From Mobula birostris (taxonomy: Eukaryota): a stretch of DNA of 64,000 nt. The stretch is taken from the NCBI RefSeq assembly GCF_030028105.1, contig NC_092375.1, positions 182,501,250-182,565,249 of the forward strand, written 5' to 3'. A program made the translations under genes and the position numbers. Below the pieces are notes generated by a model. That model was given only the letters and a program-made list of their open reading frames with translations. It made no database searches and was not told the origin of the DNA. Shown one piece after another: positions 38,672-50,991 of this stretch; position 1 is the first letter of the stretch, and each line of letters opens with the position of its first letter.

Positions 38672-41414
38672 ATGTAGTGGCCATTACAGAGACTTGGCTG
38701 GTACCAGGGCAGGAATGGATTCTCAATATTCCTGGATTTCAGTGCTTTAAAAGGGATAAAGAGGGTGGAAAAAGGGTAGGAGGAGTGGCATTACTGGTCA
38801 GGGATACTATTACAGCTACAGAAAGGGTGGGTAATGTAGCAGGATCCTCTTTTGAGTCAATATGGGTGGAAGTCAGGAACAGGAGGGGAGCAGTTACATT
38901 ATTGGGAATATTCTACAGGCCCCCTGGTAGCAGCAGAGATACAGAGGAGCAGATTTTGGAAAGGTGCAAAAATAACAGGGTTGTTATCATGGGTGACTTT
39001 AACTTCCCTAATATTGATTGGCACCTGATTAGTTCCAAGGGTTCAGATGGGGCAGAGTTTGTTAAGTGTATCCAGGACGGATTCCTGTCACAGTATGTGG
39101 ACAGGCCGACCGGGGGAATGCCATACTAGATCTAGTACCAGGTAATGAACCGGGTCAGGTCACAGATCTCTCAGTGGGTGAGCATCTGGGGGACAGTGAC
39201 CACTGCTCCCTGGCCTTTAGCATTATCATGGAAAAGGAAAGAATCAGAGAGGACAGGAAAATTTTTAATTGGGGAAAGGCAAATTATGAGGCTATAAGGC
39301 TAGAACTTGCGGGTGTGAATTGGGATGATGCTTTTGCAGGGAAATGTACTATGGACATGTGGTCGATGTTTAGAGATCTCTTGCGGAATGTTAGAGATAA
39401 ATTTGTCCCGGTGAGGAAGATAAAGAATGGTAGGGTGAAGGAACCATGGGTGACAAGTGAGGTGGAAAATCTAGTCAGGTGGAAGAAGGCAGTATACATG
39501 AGGTTTAGGAAGCAAGGATCAGATGAGTCTATTGAGGAATATAGGAAGCAAGAAAGGAACTTAAGAAGGGGCTGAGAAGAGCAAGAAGGGGGCATGAGAA
39601 GGCCTTGGTGAGTAGGGTAAAGGAAAACCCCAAGGCATTCTTCAATTATGTGAAGAACAAAAGGATGACAGGAATGAAGGTAGGACCAATTAGAGATAAA
39701 GGTGGGAAGATGTGCCTGGAGGCTATGGAAGTGACTGAGGTCCTCAATGAATACTTCTCTTCGGTATTCACCAATGAGAGGGAACTTGATGATGGTGAGG
39801 ACAATATGAGTGAGGTTGATGTTCTGGAGCATGTTGATATTAAGGGAGAGGAGGTGTTGGAGTTGTTAAAATACATTAGGACAGAAAAGCCCCCGGGGCC
39901 TGACGGAATATTCCCCAGGCTGCTCCATGAGGCGAGAGAAGAGATTGCTGAGCCTCTGGCTAGGATCTTTATGTCCTTGTTGTCTATGGGAATGGTACCA
40001 GAGGACTGGAGGGAGGCAAATGTTGTCCCCTTGTTCAAAAAAGGTAGTACGGATAGGCCAGGTAATTATAGACCAGTGAGCCTTACGTCTGTGGTGGGAA
40101 AGCTGTTGGAAAAGAATCTTAGAGATAGGATCTCTGGGCATTTAGAGAATCACGGTCTGATCAGGGACAGTCAGCATGGCTTTGTGAAGGGCAGATCATG
40201 TCTAACAAGCCTGATAGAGTTCTTTGAGGAGGTGACCAGGCATATAGATAAGGGTAGTGCAGTGGATGTGATCTATATGGATTTTAGTAAGGCATTTGAC
40301 AAGGTTCCACACGGTAGGCTTATTCAGAAAGTTAGAAGGCATGGGATCCAGGGAAGTTTGTCCAGGTGGATTCAGAATTGGCTTGCCTGCAGAAGGCAGA
40401 GGGTGGTGGTGGAGGGAGTACATTCAGATTGGAGTATTGTGACTAGTGGCGTCCCACAAAAATCTGTTCTGGGACCTCTACTTTTCGTGATTTTTATTAA
40501 CGACCTGGATGTGGGGGTAGGAGGGTGGGTTGGCAGATGACACAAAGGTCGGTGGTGTTGTAGATAGTGTAGAGGATTGTCAAAGATTGCAGAGAGACAT
40601 TGATAGGATGCAGGAGTGGGCTGAGAAGTGGCAGATGGAGTTCAACCTGGAGAAGTGTGAGGTGGTACACTTTGGAAGGACAAACTCCAAGGCAGAGTAC
40701 AAAGTAAATGGCAGGAGCAGAGGGATCTCAGGGTACATGTCCACAGATCCCTGAAAGTTGCCTTACAGGTGGATAGGGTAGTTAAGAAAGCTTATGGGGT
40801 GTTAACTTTCATAAGTCGAGGGGTAGATATAAGAGTCGCAATGTAATGATGCAGCTCTATAAAACTCTGATTAGGCCACACTTGGAGTACTGTGTCCCGT
40901 TCCGGTCACCTCACTATAGGAAGGATGTGGAAGCATTGGAAAGGGTACAGAGGAGACTTACCAGGCTGCTGCCTGGTTTAGAAGGTATGCATTATGATTA
41001 GAGATTAAGGGAGCTAGGGCTTTACCCTTTGGAGAGAAGGAGGATGAGAGGAGACATGATAAATGTATACAAGATATTAAGAGGAATAGATAGAGTGGAT
41101 AGCCAGCGCCTCTTCCCCAGGGCACCACTGCTCAATACAAGAGGACATGGCTTTAAGGTAAGGGGTGGGAAGTTCAAAGGGGGTATTAGAGGAAGATTTT
41201 TTACTCAGAGAGTGGTTGGTGCGTGGAATGCACTGCCTGAGTCAGTGGTGGAGGCAGGTACACTAGTGAAGTTTAAGAGACTACTAGACAGGTATATGGA
41301 GGAATTTAAGGTAGGGACTTATATGGGAGGCAGGGTTTGAGGGTCGGCACAACATTGTGAGTCAAAGGGCCTGTACTGTGCTGTACTATTCTATGCTCTA
41401 TGTTCTATGTTCTA
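38672..41414 (+). mobile_element. 5'-truncated CR1 LINE (APE endonuclease + RT, frameshifted) inserted into Hero
   Basis: [52 protein letters not shown]; (ttctatg)n tail. Confidence 0.95.
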
Positions 41415-41745
41415 TCTTGGAAGGTGGCCATTGATCTTTCTTTCAAGACCCTTAACTGCTGACATGGTGCCTCATCTACCTGCATTGGCTAGAGGATTCG
41501 GGGAAGGATGCCACACTGGTAGATCCAGGCTTGAACTTGCCAGGTAGGCCTGACTTGTTCACACTCTTGAACCAGACACCTAACTACATGGTAGTCTTCT
41601 GGGTGGCAGTCATATCCTTTGGGTTGCAGTCAAAGGTCTTCTCCATGCTCTTGACTTGTCTCTCAGAGATGGATGGGTTAGCAATATCATCCACGTCTAT
41701 GAGACTGCCCTTCTTTAACACCAGAGACCTGGATCAACAACCTTG
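41415..41745 (-). mobile_element. Hero element, upstream part
   Basis: Minus strand resumes the G-H-L-x-R-W-L-G-L motif across the CR1; ..KSGLPGKFK.WIYQ.GILPRIL.P.. RT-thumb motif. Confidence 0.75.
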
Positions 41746-41824
41746 AATCTTGAATCATGAATCTTCAAATTATGCATTGGATCTTGGTGGGGGTGGGGTG
41801 GTTGGTCTTTGACTTCCTTACCCT

Positions 41825-42360
41825 TCCAGCCGGTGAGTTACATTTTAATTCTGATTCCCATCCCCATTCCCATTCTAACATGGTGATTCATCATCTCATC
41901 TTTGTGTCAAGATGAGGCCACTGTCAGGGTGGAGGAGCAACATCTTATATTGCATCTAGATAGCCTCCAACCTGATGCCATGAATATCAATTTCTTCTTT
42001 CGGTAAAGAAACGATTTTCCCTCCCCTCCCCTCTTCTTCTATTCCCCACTCCGGCCTCCTACATCCTCTCACCTGCCTATCACTTCCCCCTTTGGTCCTC
42101 CTCCTCCTTCCCTTTCTGCTACAGTCCATTCTCCTCTCCTATCAGCTTCTTTCCTCTCCAGCCCTTTACCCTTTCAACCCATCTGGCTTCACCTACCACC
42201 TTCTAGCTATCCTCCCTTGCCTCCCCTCACTTTTTATTCCATCTTCTTCCCCCTTCATTTCCAGTCCTGATGAAGGGTCTTGGCCCGGTCTGCGGAGTTC
42301 CTTCAGCATTTTGTGTGTGTTGCTCTGGATTTCCAGCATCTGCAGCATTTCTTGTGTTTG
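41825..42360 (+). mobile_element. PLE 3' fragment (GIY-YIG C-terminus, pyrimidine-rich UTR, truncated hammerhead)
   Basis: ..QDEATVRVEEQHLILHLDSLQPDAMNI; agtcCTGATGAagggtcttggccc followed by a deletion. Confidence 0.8.
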
Positions 42361-42717
42361 TTATTTGTTTTCTCTCCTCTTTTGACCTGCACCAAATGCT
42401 TTACCTCATGTCTGGTAGTTAATTTGTCAGAAATAGTCATAAATGAAGGGAAATGTATATTAGCACTATAAAGTTGCTGGGTTTTGTTTCACACAGTGAT
42501 AATTGTCTTAGTCGAGTTTGTACTGTTTTAGCCTCACCTCACATTTCCAGCTAAGAAACACTGATCTGGATTCTTCTGGGGCTTTACAAAGTGAGCACAT
42601 GTATGGCAAGTCCAACATTTCTATCCCGCCTTTGTCCTGAAGTTGAAACTGCGGCAAGTACCTTCAACAAAGCTTTTAATATTTAAATCTCAGTAAGGAC
42701 TTGTTTCTTTTTTGCAG

Positions 42718-42831
42718 CTTGTCCTTAGAAGCTGTTGCGACTTGTCTTGCAGTAATTCTAGTGATGAAGTCTGTAACGGATCAGAACTTGGAAGTATTTC
42801 ATTACCGCAGACCAGAAAAAACAGTAACTAT
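42718..42831 (+). CDS. Candidate internal coding exon B (114 nt, phase 2-2)
   Basis: Strong acceptor ttgtttcttttttgcag|, donor |gtgagt; LSLEAVATCLAVILVMKSVTDQNLEVFHYRRPEKTVT. Confidence 0.55.
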
Positions 42832-43084
42832 GTGAGTTAGCACGGGGGACTTATAATTCTGAGAATGTCTCTGGTAAAATAAAGGCTCGTAGTAAGGCAA
42901 ATGTGATTTCACAGCACTTTGGAGTGGAATAGCGATGAAAGATCTTAATTCCCAACCTACCCGGTGGAAATATTTTTGAAGGTTTTCTGTGTTCCTTGTT
43001 AGCACGTCCCTCCTGAACACTTTAGAACCAAAGTTATGCTGTGTGAAAGAGGCTGTAAGGTCAGGGATAAAGCTTAATTTTATT

Positions 43085-43605
43085 TATTGATTGATTTATT
43101 TATTTAGAGACACAGCATGGAACAGGCCCTTCCACCTAACGAGCTGCACCGCCCAGCAACTCACCTACTTAGCACGAGCCTAATCACAGGAGAATTTACA
43201 ATGAACAATTTGTAATGTTGGGTAACTTCAAAACGTTAAACTAATTCAAAGAAACTCACGGGAGCACGGAAATGTGGGTGTAACTTTGCCTTTTACTTTA
43301 AGTGAGGTGCGCAGGTATCATATGATAGCGTGATGGTGCATGCAATTAACATATTTTTATATATAACCCATAATTAATGTCTTAAATGAACAAGGATTCT
43401 TAGTCAACCTGTATCACTCAAATATTATTAAATGTGAAGTACACAACACAATTAAGCTAAGGAAACTGAAGCACTAGGAGGAAACACAAGCAGTTAACGG
43501 GAAGAATGGACAAACAACTTATAGATGGCGCCGGAATTGAACCTCTGAACTCCAGAATATAGCAAGCTGTAAAAGCGTTGTGCTAACCATTACACTACCG
43601 TGACG
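43085..43605 (-). mobile_element. V-SINE interrupted by a solo LTR
   Basis: Tail at 43085, V-domain remnant ggaggaaacacaagcag, tRNA head tgctaaccattacactaccgtg. Confidence 0.65.
43211..43448. mobile_element. 238-bp solo-LTR-like element with 5-bp TSD
   Basis: CAATT|tgtaatg...acaaca|CAATT. Confidence 0.75.
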
Positions 43606-43907
43606 TAATGTCCAGGCAGCAGCTTCCCATTGATTATAGATGATTTAATCAATAAATTAGCTGCTGATATACCTGTGAGGACTTACTTTTAATACCAGGT
43701 TGGGACAATTTCTCACCAAGTCACATTCAAAGTGGCATTTCAAACTGGCATTAACCAAAGAGACTAATGGATAACTTATTTGGAGAAATACATTACATAG
43801 TACAAGAAGACATGTTTTATAATGTTGTTCACAATGGTCACTATTGAGGTAGTGATAATCTATTTTGCTCCTGTTGGGAAGATTTGATACTACTTTTGCC
43901 CAATCGA

Positions 43908-44740
43908 ATATTCAAAGTACATTTATTATCAAAGTATGTATTGAGTATACAACCCTGAGATTTGCCTTCCCCACAAGCAGCCTCAAAGGAAAGAAAACCA
44001 TGGAACCCCCTCAAAGAAAAACATCAACCCCCCCATGAACATAAAAAAACAAATTGCACAAACGGCAATAAAAAATGAGCAAAAAAACACAGAATATAAA
44101 AGGCAGTACCAAAAGAGTCCAGACGTATTCAGTTCAGCTCAGTGTTCATTATCTGCAGGCTGCCCTGATTCAAATTGCCCAAAATAGTAACAAAAAAAAA
44201 TGAGCAAACAAAAACCAGAAACACAACATAATGTGAACTACAGAGTCCAAACCACAAAACGCTTCGATTAAACCTTACCCAAGACAAGACGTGGGACTCC
44301 AGCACCATCCTTTGAGAGTATTGAGGGATCTTCCTTCAGCAGCACTGAGCAAGGGAGAGATTATCACATGCCAACATCTTCCTCTGGCAGCAGCGAGCGA
44401 GAATATTCTCTTGCCTTCCGCACTCACCTCGACGATTTCAAACTTCTTCAGTGCTTTGATCAGCGAGACCAGTGAGAAATGGAATCGACCATGGGCTTGT
44501 GCCCCGTCTCCCAGGCTCCTCGGCCTCGAGGCCACACTCCTTACAGGACATCCTTGGAGCCAGCAAAGTGCCAGATCGCTCAATCGGCCTGAAAGCACAT
44601 CACCAAAATGTAGATCATAGGTTCCAAAGTAGCAGAACAACATGTGAAAGAAAAAGAAGATGTAAAAGAAGTGAAACAAATAGACTTGTGAACCGTCTGG
44701 AGGATGTCACCCTTGGTCGCATTGTTCTCTGGCAACATTT
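43908..44740 (-). mobile_element. Non-autonomous retroelement with Rex-like 3' tail
   Basis: Antisense tail ttcaaagtacatttattatcaaagtatg; same tail family as 49330-49640. Confidence 0.55.
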
Positions 44741-45467
44741 TCTTCTAAAAGGTGAACATGTCCTGGTGTTAGGTTCATTCATAAGAACAAAAAGAAGTTT
44801 TTTCAGCTTCCTCCACTGTTCGTTAAGATCGCAGCTCAACTTCCACCTCAGGGCCAATTTCAGTAGTCTTCGTATACATTGATTGTTTCAATACTCAGTA
44901 ATCTATTAATCTCTCTTTGAAATGAATGATGTGTCTGGACCCTCTGAAAAAGACAATATGGAAGGCACCTCACCATCTAAGTGAAATAAATTCCTCTTAT
45001 CTCAATACCAAATACCTTCTCTAATCCTGCAGCTGTGATCCCTGGTCTTAACTTCTTCCTCTGGGGAACTTCCACCTCTTTTCATCTAAAGGACATATCA
45101 ATAAAATTTATTTTTGTATGAAAAATAATCTTGATATGTAGTGAAGGCTGCAAACTATATCAATCCAAACAAAAGCTATTTAATATATTTAGAAGTTATC
45201 ACTCAAGTGTCTGGGCTTGATTGTCCTGAATTCCTTCACCACCAGAGCTCATTACACTTGGTGCCTGCCTGTTGGCACAGATCTGTTCTGGATTCAGAAG
45301 GCCAATCCAGTTGACACTCTGTACTTGAGAAACATCCTGTGAGATAGGACAGGTTCCATATGGCAGGTCCTGAGAATCCTTAAGGCCCATACTTATCCTG
45401 AAGGTCTTTGAGAGCTCACTGCTGACTTTTAGAACGTACTTTAAGTGCCTTTCTTTGTCAGCAACTT

Positions 45468-46070
45468 TTTAGATTATGAGAACACTCAGTCCTCTTTTAT
45501 TGTCATTTAGAAATGCATACATGCATTAAGAAATGATACAATGTTTCTCCAGAGTGATATCACAGAAAATAGGACAAACCAAAGACTAACACTGACAGAA
45601 CCACATAATTATAACATATAGTTACAGTAGTGCAAACCAATACCATAATTTGATGAAGAACAAACCATGGGCACGGTAAATAAAGTCTCAAAAGTCCCCG
45701 AGTCGATTGACTCCCGAGCCTCCGATAGCAGGTGGCAAAAGGGAGAAACTCCCTGCCATAAACCTCCAGGCACCATCAACTTGCCGATGCCTTGGAAGCA
45801 GCCAACCACAGCCGACACTGAGTCCATCCGTCTGAAAACTTCGAGCTTCCGACCAGCCTCTCTGATACAGCCTACCGAGTGCCATCCTCTGCTGAGCGCC
45901 TTCGACCTCGCCCCGGCCGCTGAAACATGCAAAGCCGAGGATTTCGGGGCCTTCTGCTCCGGAGATTCTGTTTACCACACAGTAGCAGCAGCAGCGAAGT
46001 GGGCATTTCAGAAGTTTTCCAAAAGTTCCTCCGTACTCACACGTCCGTCTCCATCAAATCAGAATTGTGC
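45468..46070 (-). mobile_element. Non-autonomous retroelement fragment (GC-rich body, LINE-like tail)
   Basis: Tail-like antisense ttttattgtcatttagaaatgcat; CpG-rich body unlike its flanks. Confidence 0.45.
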
Positions 46071-46229
46071 AATAGATTTTACAATTAAAGCAAACAATGA
46101 GTTATAAAACTGCAATAGTTCAAACACTTAAAATGATAGGAAATAATCAGAACCTTAGAATAAAGTAAGTAAGCCACTTACCTTTTTTTCTATTCACAGG
46201 ATCAATAGTGAGACCAACATCAGAGACAA

Positions 46230-46330
46230 AGCGACACACACAAAATGCTGGAGGAACTCAGCAAGCTAGACAATATCTATGGAAGAGAGTAAACAATTAA
46301 TGTTTCAGGCTGAGATCCATCAAGACTGAC
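46230..46330 (-). mobile_element. PLE terminal fragment
   Basis: cacacacaaaatgctggaggaactcagcaag...tttcaggctgaga. Confidence 0.65.
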
Positions 46331-47229
46331 AGTTGTCATTTAGGGAGAGGGATAGGAGTTCACACTGAACAAGAATATGTATGGAGCTGTTATTGTGTTT
46401 ACCCGTAGATATCTTTATGTAAATATTGGCATTTTTCTTTTCACTATTTCACTAATTTTTGTAAGTTTGATTTTTGACGCACCTAATAAGCATCCTTCCA
46501 CTAAAGTGTTAAACAAATGAAGCCATTTTTTCTTTGGTCATAACCCACATATTTAACACCTAGTCTGATATTGAAACAATGAACCTGCCCTGTGATTCAC
46601 TCTTCTTCCAAGGAAGGGCTGATTTGCAGCCTTCCCCACTGGAATCGAAGAAATCACATCAAGGATAAGGTATTTATGAACCTTTTTTGTGAATTTCCAC
46701 AGCAGGAAACTCCCTGGATCACCACTGAACTAGAGTGAATGCCTCACATTCTGAAAATGCAGTTGTCGGTCATGTGGCTGTGCTGACTGATCTCTCTCAA
46801 TAAGAATCAATTTCATGAGTACTGAAAGCAAACCCCTAGGCAATTGAGGAAAATGGGATGATGAAGGACGACAAACTAATAACATACAGTTCTTCATTGA
46901 TTAGCAATTGATTAACTATTATTTTCCTAAAATGACAAAGAAGCCTGAGAAAAGGTAACTGAAGCCTATTATTTACTTATAACTCAAGCAGAGAAAGACT
47001 TCCTCTAGGCAGGTTCCAGTGACTGTATTGTATAACCAGGCAGGAATGAAGCTCATAAATCAAACCCATCATTCCACAATTTTAAAATAATACATAGGAA
47101 ATCTAAACCAATGACTTGGATTTTGTGGTCAATGGTAAATAATCATCTCCTGTCATTCCTTTTTCCAAAGATATTATGACAGCTTTTGTGCTGTGTGTTG
47201 CAGTAATTAAAAATCACAAATCCATCCAA

Positions 47230-47330
47230 AGCAACACGCACAAAATGATAGAGGAACTCAGCAGGTTAGGCAGCATGTATGGAAAAGAGTAAACAGTTGC
47301 ATTTCGGGCTCAGACCCTTCATCAGGACTG
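47230..47330 (-). mobile_element. PLE terminal fragment with near-intact hammerhead core
   Basis: Minus strand: agtcCTGATGAagggtctgagcccGAAAtgcaact (cleavage triplet altered). Confidence 0.7.
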
Positions 47331-47504
47331 ACAACTTATCCAGCCTCACTGCAGTGTATCTGGGTGTTATGGGACCAGAATCACAATCAAAATCAGTTTT
47401 AATATCATCAGCACGTTTAATTACAGTAAATATATAAATTTTAATGTACATAAATTTGACCTAGGAAGTGGAAGCTGTATCCTATGTAAACTGTGTACAT
47501 ACAT

Positions 47505-47902
47505 CTACTGATGCTTCTGGACACATCTTCAGTGATGTTCCTGGAATCATCGGGTGTTTCGGGTCTTTCAACATCATATAACCTCCTCCAGGTGACCCAG
47601 CCGGGGCTGATCAGACCCCAGCTTATGTCCAGATGGCTAGCTACTTATGACTCCATGGCTCTCCTCTTTTGAGCCACAGCCATCTTGAGGCCCTCTCTGC
47701 CGCATCGGTGGTACTGCGGATGGCTCTCCTCTTCCTCTCTCCCTCGATGCCCAAAATGCTGAAGGTTCTAACTAAAGAACGGGCTACGAATCCCCTACAA
47801 CTAACCTCCACTGGGAGACACCTCGCTCTCCGTCCAACCTGCTGACAGTTGCTGACCAGCCCTGCATACTTGGAGAGCTTCCTTTCAAAGGCCTCTTCCG
47901 AC
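47505..47902 (-). mobile_element. Hero element 3' fragment
   Basis: EEAFERKLSKYAGLV..PVEVSCRGF..AAERASRWLWLKR. Confidence 0.85.
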
Positions 47903-48339
47903 ATATAGTAATTATGTCAGGAAGACAAAGTCTTTCACATTTTCTGCCACTGTTCTAAGATAGCTAGCAAAGGATTGTGGCATATCACAAACCTAAAGGC
48001 TATCCTGATAGAAAGATGTAAAACTAACTGACTCCAAAGATAATCACCAACATCTCCTTTTCTGTGGAATTTAATTCAGCCGTGGTCATATCTGGAATGC
48101 ATAGGCAATTGGTCCCTTGGAACAATGTTCATTATACATCATTCCAATGACTTCATCCCTTTACAGTATCTGGCTATTGAATATTTAGTACTGCTGCCAT
48201 TTTTTCTTTGGTGGGCTTCAATTCAGGATGATTTCCTTCTTTTCCTCTTATAGTTCTGAACTGCACCATCAAATCCATACAGTTCAACCACTTATTAATA
48301 ATAGAATGCAATGGTTTCATTGTGTATCATGCTGGTTAT

Positions 48340-48755
48340 CCAAAGTTGAAATTAAATTTTATTATCAAATTACATATATGTCAACATATACAGCCCTGAA
48401 ATTCAGCAAATCTATAGAATAGTAACTATAACAGAATCAATGAAAGATCAACCAGAGTGCAGAAGACAACAAACTGTGGCAAATGCAAATATAAATAAAT
48501 AGCAAAAAATAATGATAACATGAGATAATGAGATAAAGAGCTTTAAAAGGAGATCATTTTTGGTGGGAACATTTCAACGATGGGGTAAGTGAAGGTGAGT
48601 GTAGTTATCTTTTATTCAAGAGCCTGATGGTTGAGAGGCAGTAACTGTTCTTCAGCCTGGTGGTGTGAGTCCTGGGGCTCTTGTTCCTTCATCCTGATAG
48701 CAGCAATGAGAAAAGACCATGCCCTGGGTGGTGGGGATCGCTGATGGTGGATGGG
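48340..48755 (-). mobile_element. Rex1/Babar 3' fragment
   Basis: caagagcctgatggttgag..gtaactgttcttcagcctggtggtgtgagtcctg. Confidence 0.75.
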
Positions 48756-49329
48756 CCAAGAAGTGAATTTGCTCCTTGTAGAAAACAATGTCTCTCTCAC
48801 CTCCACTCTCCCCCCAAAACCACCACCCCAATTTACTTACTCCAAATTATGCAGCTGTTTGCTCCAACTTATGCTTTTCCCTAGGATGCCTGGAATCACC
48901 ACATCCAATGCTGTAGTTGGGCTGTAGGATAACTTCCAGCTTGTGACATAAATTACAACCACTTTCTCTGGATATGAATATTATATGGGCAGAGATCTTT
49001 GCTGAAAACATACATAAAAGACCTCTGCTGGGATTTGTGGGGAAGAAGAACTGGAAGGGAGACAAAACCTGTACCAGAGATTCATGGTGTATGAAAGACA
49101 TCATGAATCTGGAGTACAGACTCACTAACATTGCACTCTCTCCACTGTTCCTTCCAAATACCAGAAGTTAGATATACTTTTAATTCAGAAAAGCATTTAA
49201 TTCAGAAAATGTTTCTCGTTCCCTGCATTTAGATAGTATCTCTCAGTTGATGCCATCCAAGGATAGTGGCAGAGTCCTGGGTCTTGGGCAAGGTTTAATT
49301 GATGTGGTTTGAGGAGTGGATGCTGCAGT

Positions 49330-49642
49330 TCATGTGATGGTTTGTTACTGGTTTATGGCTACTCCTTTTATTTTGTATTTTCGGGCAATTTTGAATTAGG
49401 GCGGCCTGCAGATAATTAACACTGAGCTGAACTGAATCTACCTGCACTCTTTTAATTTTGTGTTTTACATTTTGTGTTTCTTCACCTTTTCTTTTTCTGC
49501 CATTTACGCATTTTGTTTTTTTTTGCACGTGGTTGATGTTTTTCTTGGAATGGGTTTCATGGTTCGTGACTGTCTGTGGGGAAGACAAATCTCAGGGTTG
49601 TATACTGCATACATACTTTGATAAAAAGTACTTTGAATCTTT
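49330..49642 (+). mobile_element. Non-autonomous retroelement 3' fragment
   Basis: Reverse complement of 43908-44250; tcagggttgtatactgcatacatactttgata tail. Confidence 0.6.
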
Positions 49643-50474
49643 AAATTAGTGGGATCCAGTTGAAAAATAAATGGGAAACAAATTGCATACCTCTGCAGAA
49701 AGCATGAGAAAGTGGAAAGTAAGAATTTGCTGTGTGTTCTAAGCCTCCACCAATCTTTAACCTACATTACTGTGCAAATTCAGAAAACCACTAATGAAAA
49801 TTACAGCTATCAATTTTTTGTAAGTTTAGGTTTTAAAAGCACATAAGCAAATACAAAGAGAATGGATTTCATGTTCCCTTTTATCTTCAAGCATGCTCAA
49901 TATAACATTATTTATGTGAAAGGGAAAATGTCCTACTTTATTCATTTTCATTTCTAGAGGTCATCAAGCAATTCAGTTAGATTACCGGTAATTTTAGAAT
50001 TTCAGAAAAAATGCCAGTTCCTTGAAAAATGATTGTAAAAGTGAAATCTCTAATCCAAATTCAAACCTCTCTCTAAAGTAAAATAGTCACATTAAAAGCT
50101 GTTTTGAATACTTATTTGAGAAGTTTAAACAGACATGTGAAAATTGTTTTATGAAGCAGTCAAAAATTGCTACATTCTGTTTTTGAATAAGTCTATGTTT
50201 CTGCTCAATTGAGGCTGCTGACTGAAGCCTATATATTACAACCAGTAAGTACCAAGCCGTGCTCATCACAATTCACTGAACAGACTCCACAAAAGCCATT
50301 GCTTACCTCAACAGTTTTAAATGTTGTAGGCCAAAGCAAGAGCAATATTTGAGTAAGGATTTATCCACTTTCAATACTGTAAAGACACTGTAACACAAGA
50401 TGTGCCTTCTCCAATAAGGATTTCAGCCAGCTTGCACAATTAGTATTGTGTTGAATACTTCTTGTACCCCTCAG

Positions 50475-50628
50475 AAACCAAGATGATTTTATTGACCAAT
50501 CTCTGATCCAAGAGATTAAAGAAACTACTGTGCTGGCTGTGAAATGGATAACAGGATGGAGGTCAATGGGCTTACCAGTACTTGGGAATGAAAGTGAGTC
50601 ATTCCATTGGGACAAGACTCGGATTTGA
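50475..50628 (+). CDS. Candidate coding exon C (terminal if read through; alternative donor after 50593)
   Basis: Acceptor tacttcttgtacccctcag|, phase 2 matches exon B; NQDDFIDQSLIQEIKETTVLAVKWITGWRSMGLPVLGNE(SESFHWDKTRI*); AATAAA at 50670 and 50791. Confidence 0.5.
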
Positions 50629-50991
50629 TGACCATAATAGCATCATAGATTTCAAGCCACAGTTCTTTTAATAAAACCAATGCAATATTTCTCTGAACGT
50701 TGGTATGAAAGCTAGCAAAACCTAGAAACTGCTGATTTTCAATATTAGCAAAGAGATCTTGCATTTTAGAGGAGGCATCAATTCAGTTAAAATAAATACT
50801 TTATTTTTTGCATTAATGTTATACAAATTCAAATGATTTCAGTCATGGAACATTATTAAAGATAGACTGCATTTCATGCTAGATTTGAGAGTCAGAAATA
50901 AATCTTCTGTTTGCTGTTTCAAGTTCAATTTCAAATTTATTGTATAACTGTATACTGCCAAATGAAACAACATTCAATTTATAACTGTATA

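Noticed and set aside
44275-46107. Overlapping 100-146 aa ORFs on both strands
   Set aside because: They lie in GC-rich bodies of non-autonomous repeats, with no recognisable domain or splice structure
50525-50764. 79-aa minus-strand ORF with an internal gtaagc donor
   Set aside because: No credible acceptor; overlaps the better-supported + strand exon C and its UTR
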